From: Ostrea edulis
Taxonomy: Eukaryota
Reading direction: 5' to 3'
Assembly: GCF_947568905.1 (NCBI RefSeq)
Contig: NC_079170.1
Span: 74,152,001 to 74,216,000, forward strand
Length of the DNA stretch: 64,000 bases
A program made the position numbers and the translations under genes. Below the pieces are notes generated by a model. It was not told where the DNA came from. It was given only the letters and a program-made list of their open reading frames with translations, and did no database searches. Positions 60,133 to 64,000 of the stretch are shown one piece after another. The first letter of the stretch is position 1; every line of letters begins with the position of its first letter.

Positions 60133-61915
60133 TGATAGTTGATGTCTGTTTAGACGTGGATGGAGGAGGATAGTGAGATGACTGTGTAATGTATGATGGT
60201 TGATGTCTGTTTAGACGTGGATGGAGGAGGATANNNNNNNNNNNNNNNNNNNNNNNNNNNNNNNNNNNNNNNNNNNNNNNNNNNNNNNNNNNNNNNNNNN
60301 NNNNNNNNNNNNNNNNNNNNNNNNNNNNNNNNNNNNNNNNNNNNNNNNNNNNNNNNNNNNNNNNNNNNNNNNNNNNNNNNNNNNNNNNNNNNNNNNNNNN
60401 NNNNNNNNNNNNNNNNNNNNNNNNNNNNNNNNNTGACTGTGTGATGTATGATGGTTGATGTCTGTTTAGACGTGGATGGAGGAGGATAGTGAGATGATGT
60501 GTAATGTATGATGTTTGATATCTGTTTAGACGTGGATGGAGGAGGATAGTGGGATGACTGTGTGATGGTTGATATCTGTTTAGATATGGATGGAGGAGGA
60601 TAGTGAGATGACTGTGTAATGTATGCTGGTTGATTTCTTTTTAGACGTGGATGGAGGAGGATAGTGGGATGACTGTGTAATGTATGATGGTTGATGTCTG
60701 TTTAGACGAGGATGGAGGAGGATAGTGAGATGATGTGTAATGTATGGTGGTTGATTTTTGTTTAGACGTGGATGAAGGAGGATAGTGGGATGACTGTATG
60801 ATGGTTGATAAATGTTTAAACGTGGATGGAGGAGGATAGTGAGATGACTGTGTAATGTATGATGGTTGATGTCTGTTTAGACGTGGATGGAGGAGGATAG
60901 TGGGATGACTGTGTGATGGTAGATATCTGTTTAGACATGGATGGAGGAGGATAGTGAGATAACTGTGTAATGTATGCTGGTTGATTTCTTTTTAGACGTG
61001 GATGGAGGAGGATAGTGAGATGACTGTGTAATGTCTGATGGTTGATGTCTGTTTAGACGTGGATGGAGGAGGATAGTGAGATGACTGTGTAATGTATGAT
61101 GGTTGATGTCTGTTTAGACGTGGATGGAGGAGGATAGTGGGATGACTGTGTGATGGTTGATATCTGTTTAGACGTGAATGGAGGAGGATAGTGAGATGAC
61201 TGTGTAATGTATGGTTGTTGATTTCTGTTTAGACGTGGATGGAGGAGGATAGTGGGATGACTGTGTAATGTATGATGTTTGATGTCTGTTTAGACGTGGA
61301 TGGAGGAGGATAGTGAGATGACTGTAATGTATGATAGTTGATATCTGTTTAGACGTGGATGGAGGAGGATAGTGGGGTGACTGTATGATGGTTGATGTCT
61401 GTTTAGACGTGGATGAAGGAGGATAGTGAGATGACTGTGTAATGTCTGATGGTTGATGTCTGTTTAGACGTGGATGGAGGAGGATAGTGAGATGACTGTG
61501 TAATGTATGATGGTTGATATCTGTTTAGACGTGGATGGAGGAGGATAGTGGGATGACTGTGTGATGGTTGATATCTGTTTAGACGTAAATGGAGGAGGAT
61601 AGTGAGATGACTGTGTAATGTATGGTTGTTGATTTCTGTTTAGACGTGGATGGAGGAGGATAGTGGGATGACTGTGTAATGTATGATGTTTGATATCTGT
61701 TTAGACGTGGATGGAGGAGGATAGTGAGATGACTGTAATGTATGATAGTTGATATCTGTTTAGACGTGGATGGAGGAGGATAGTGGGGTGACTGTATGAT
61801 GGTTGATGTCTGTTTAGACGAGGATGGAGGAGGATAGTGAGATGACTGTGTGATGGTTGATTTCTGTTTAGATGTGGATGGAGGAGGATAGTGAGATGAC
61901 TGTAATGTATGACCG
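60133..61915. repeat. Approx. 53-61-bp satellite array containing an assembly gap
   Basis: Unit GATGGTTGATGTCTGTTTAGACGTGGATGGAGGAGGATAGTGAGATGACTGTGTAATGTAT. Confidence 0.95.
60234..60433. other. Assembly gap (200 N)
   Basis: Run of N inside the satellite array. Confidence 0.99.
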
Positions 61916-61947
61916 TTTGATCTGTAATTTTTCCACACAGCTGTATT

Positions 61948-62141
61948 GACTTTGCTGGGTTTTCCCAGACATGTCAAAAACACCCCTGTATCTCCCCCGA
62001 CTTTCCTGGGTTTTCTCAGACATGTCAAAAACACCCCTGTACCTCCCCTGACTTTGCTGGGTTTTCTCAGACATGTCAAAAACACCCCTGTACCCCACCC
62101 AACTTTACTAGGTTTTCCCAGACATGTCAAAAACACCCCTG

Positions 62142-62180
<39 letters not shown>

Positions 62181-62230
62181 CTTTGCTGGGTTTTCCCAGA
62201 CATGTCAAAAACACCCTGCACCTCCCCGGA
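61948..62230. repeat. 51-bp minisatellite, about 5 copies, one with an expanded poly-C run
   Basis: Unit ACTTTGCTGGGTTTTCCCAGACATGTCAAAAACACCCCTGTA(C-rich). Confidence 0.9.
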
Positions 62231-62419
62231 CTTTCCCAGAATATCCTCAGGCCTGTACATTCTACATGTATCAGAATCCTTTGTACAGTTTGGGATAGCT
62301 CTTCTGCATTCTGGGAATACCCCCTGTAAATTGTGTGGATACCCCTGTAAATTTCTTTAATCTTTGGATATCCCCTGTAAATTTGTGTATATGGACAGAA
62401 CAGTTTTAGATACCGACAA

Positions 62420-63000
62420 CATTCTATGGATATTGATTGTACATAATGTGGATATCGACTGTACATTCTCTGTAAATTGACTGTACATTCTATGGATATT
62501 GATTGTACATAATGTGGATATTGACTGTATATTCTCTGTATATCTCCATTACATTCTGTGGAATGTTTAGCAAGACACAAATTTAGTGATTTTTTCCTTT
62601 AAAATGGGTATAGATATCTAGCGAAAGCTAATTCTCGCGACTTTATAATCCCAAAAAGATAACTATTACCTACGATGCGGAATAAATTGTTAGCAATATT
62701 CAATTTTAGCGATCTCAAAACCCTCGCTAATAATGCCAAAATTAAATTACCCCTAACAATTCTGCATTTAAGGTATATTGACGGTACATTCTGTATATAT
62801 TGACTGTATACATTGACTGTACATTCTCTGTAAATTGACTGTACATTCTGGGTATATTGACTGTGTATATTGACTGTATATTCTGTGTGTATTGACTGTA
62901 TATTCTGTGTATATTGACTACTTTCTGTATATATTGACTATACATTATCTGTATGTTGATTGTACATTCTGTATATATTGACTGTACATTCTGTGGATAT
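62420..63000. repeat. Degenerate approx. 22-bp repeats (ATTGACTGTACATTCTGTATAT) flanking a transposon-end-like segment
   Basis: Arrays lie at about 62420-62560 and 62770-63000. Confidence 0.75.
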
Positions 63001-63139
63001 CCCTTCTGTTTGAACTCAATGATTTATGCGTGACATGGATTCTGGTTTGTTTTACAGGATTATATACATTTATACTTGTTTGGTAAACTTGTTCATGTTT
63101 GTATAGAATAGCAGATAATTCAATGTCTGTACTTGATTA

Positions 63140-63620
63140 CAAGGAATGACTAAACTCGATTGTGAGAAATGCCTCTATACTCGAGTGCGAGGAATGGCTA
63201 AATTCGACCATTAGGAATGGTAAAATTCAGTTGTCGTGAGGAATGGCTAAATTTCATCTCGAGGAATGGGTAAACTCATTCGTGAAGAACAACTAAACCC
63301 GATTGTGAGGAATGGCAAAATTATACCCGGAGATACGGCTAAAGTCGATTGCGATGAATGGCGAAACATCATCGATCGCAAAGAATGACTAAACTCGATC
63401 TCTGGGAATTACTAAGCACCATCCCAAAGAATAGCTAAACTCAATTATGAGAGATGACTATTTAAAGTTGATTATGAGGAATGCCTAAACTCGACTACGA
63501 GGAATGGCAAAATTCGATCGCGAGGAATTTCTAAACTCGGCTAAGGAGAATGGCGAAGCTCGACCTCAAGGAATGGCTAAAATCAATCGGCTCGAGGATT
63601 GGTTAAGAATGATCGTGAGA
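63140..63620. repeat. Highly degenerate approx. 23-24-bp minisatellite (GAGGAATGGCTAAACTCGATTGT)
   Basis: About 20 diverged units with indels. Confidence 0.75.
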
Positions 63621-63724
63621 AAAGTTATATCTATCTTGTATAGTCCCATGCATTACATTGATCTTTTTAATAATATTGAAAACATAACATACTTACATTC
63701 AATATGTAGTTTATCTACTACATA

Positions 63725-64000
63725 CAATAGCAATATTCCAGTATCACCTGCATATGGTGTTTATATATCTCAACTGATTCGATATGCAAGAGCTTGTTCT
63801 GGGTATAGTCAGTTTTTAAATCGAGGTAAGCTACTGACAAACAAGTTGATGGTACAGGGATTTCAACAGTCTCAATTGAAGTCAGCATTTCACAAATTCT
63901 ATGGTCGTTATAACGATCTAGTTCGTCAATACAACCTCGCATTGGGTCAAATGCTGTCTGACGTGTTTCATATCGATTGTTAAGCCGTTCTTGGCACACT
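63725..64000 (+). mobile_element. Penelope-like retroelement 3' fragment (thumb, stop, start of 3' UTR)
   Basis: SNIPVSPAYGVYISQLIRYARACS...FYGRYNDLV...FHIDC*. Confidence 0.85.

Noticed and set aside
60193-60444. ORFs running through the N gap
   Set aside because: They are an artefact of translating Ns.
61579-62580. 333-aa ORF with extensin-like SSHYPPPS repeats and poly-Gly
   Set aside because: It is built entirely from satellite units. Units of 53-61 bp break the frame throughout the rest of the array.
63140-63620. CRISPR-like or coding (GMAKLDCE) periodicity
   Set aside because: Units are contiguous and degenerate with frame-breaking indels, there are no unique spacers or cas genes, and the context is eukaryotic.

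Overview
AT-rich, intron-rich animal DNA, most likely a bivalve such as an oyster (inferred from the SINE, HINE and Penelope-like repeat families, not proven). Three conserved genes can be assembled exon by exon with GT-AG introns and consistent phases: CYB561D2-like (+, 3 exons, 6540-13997), IQCA1/DRC11 (-, 17 exons, 18009-40759) and BCAP31/BAP31 (+, 7 exons, 48216-58785). The rest is a dense, often nested mobilome. It includes a spliced Crypton-type tyrosine recombinase gene with one premature stop, an intact DD34E Tc1 inserted in a LINE, and a full-length but mutated Gypsy element with LTRs, TSD, PBS and PPT inserted into the TIR of a MITE. There are also Penelope-like fragments, HINEs, SINEs, MITEs and a satellite block with a 200-N gap. 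The most interesting leads are: (1) a candidate nested antisense gene for a small signal-peptide/membrane-anchored protein inside IQCA1 intron 12; (2) a miniature LTR element (TRIM) whose LTRs contain a tRNA-derived Pol III cassette; (3) a 42-bp minisatellite that has multiplied the IQCA1 exon-11 splice donor about 14 times; (4) the Crypton and several foldback elements that share its terminal architecture. There is no CRISPR, rRNA or bona fide tRNA gene. All coordinates and alignments were made by eye; no database searches were run.
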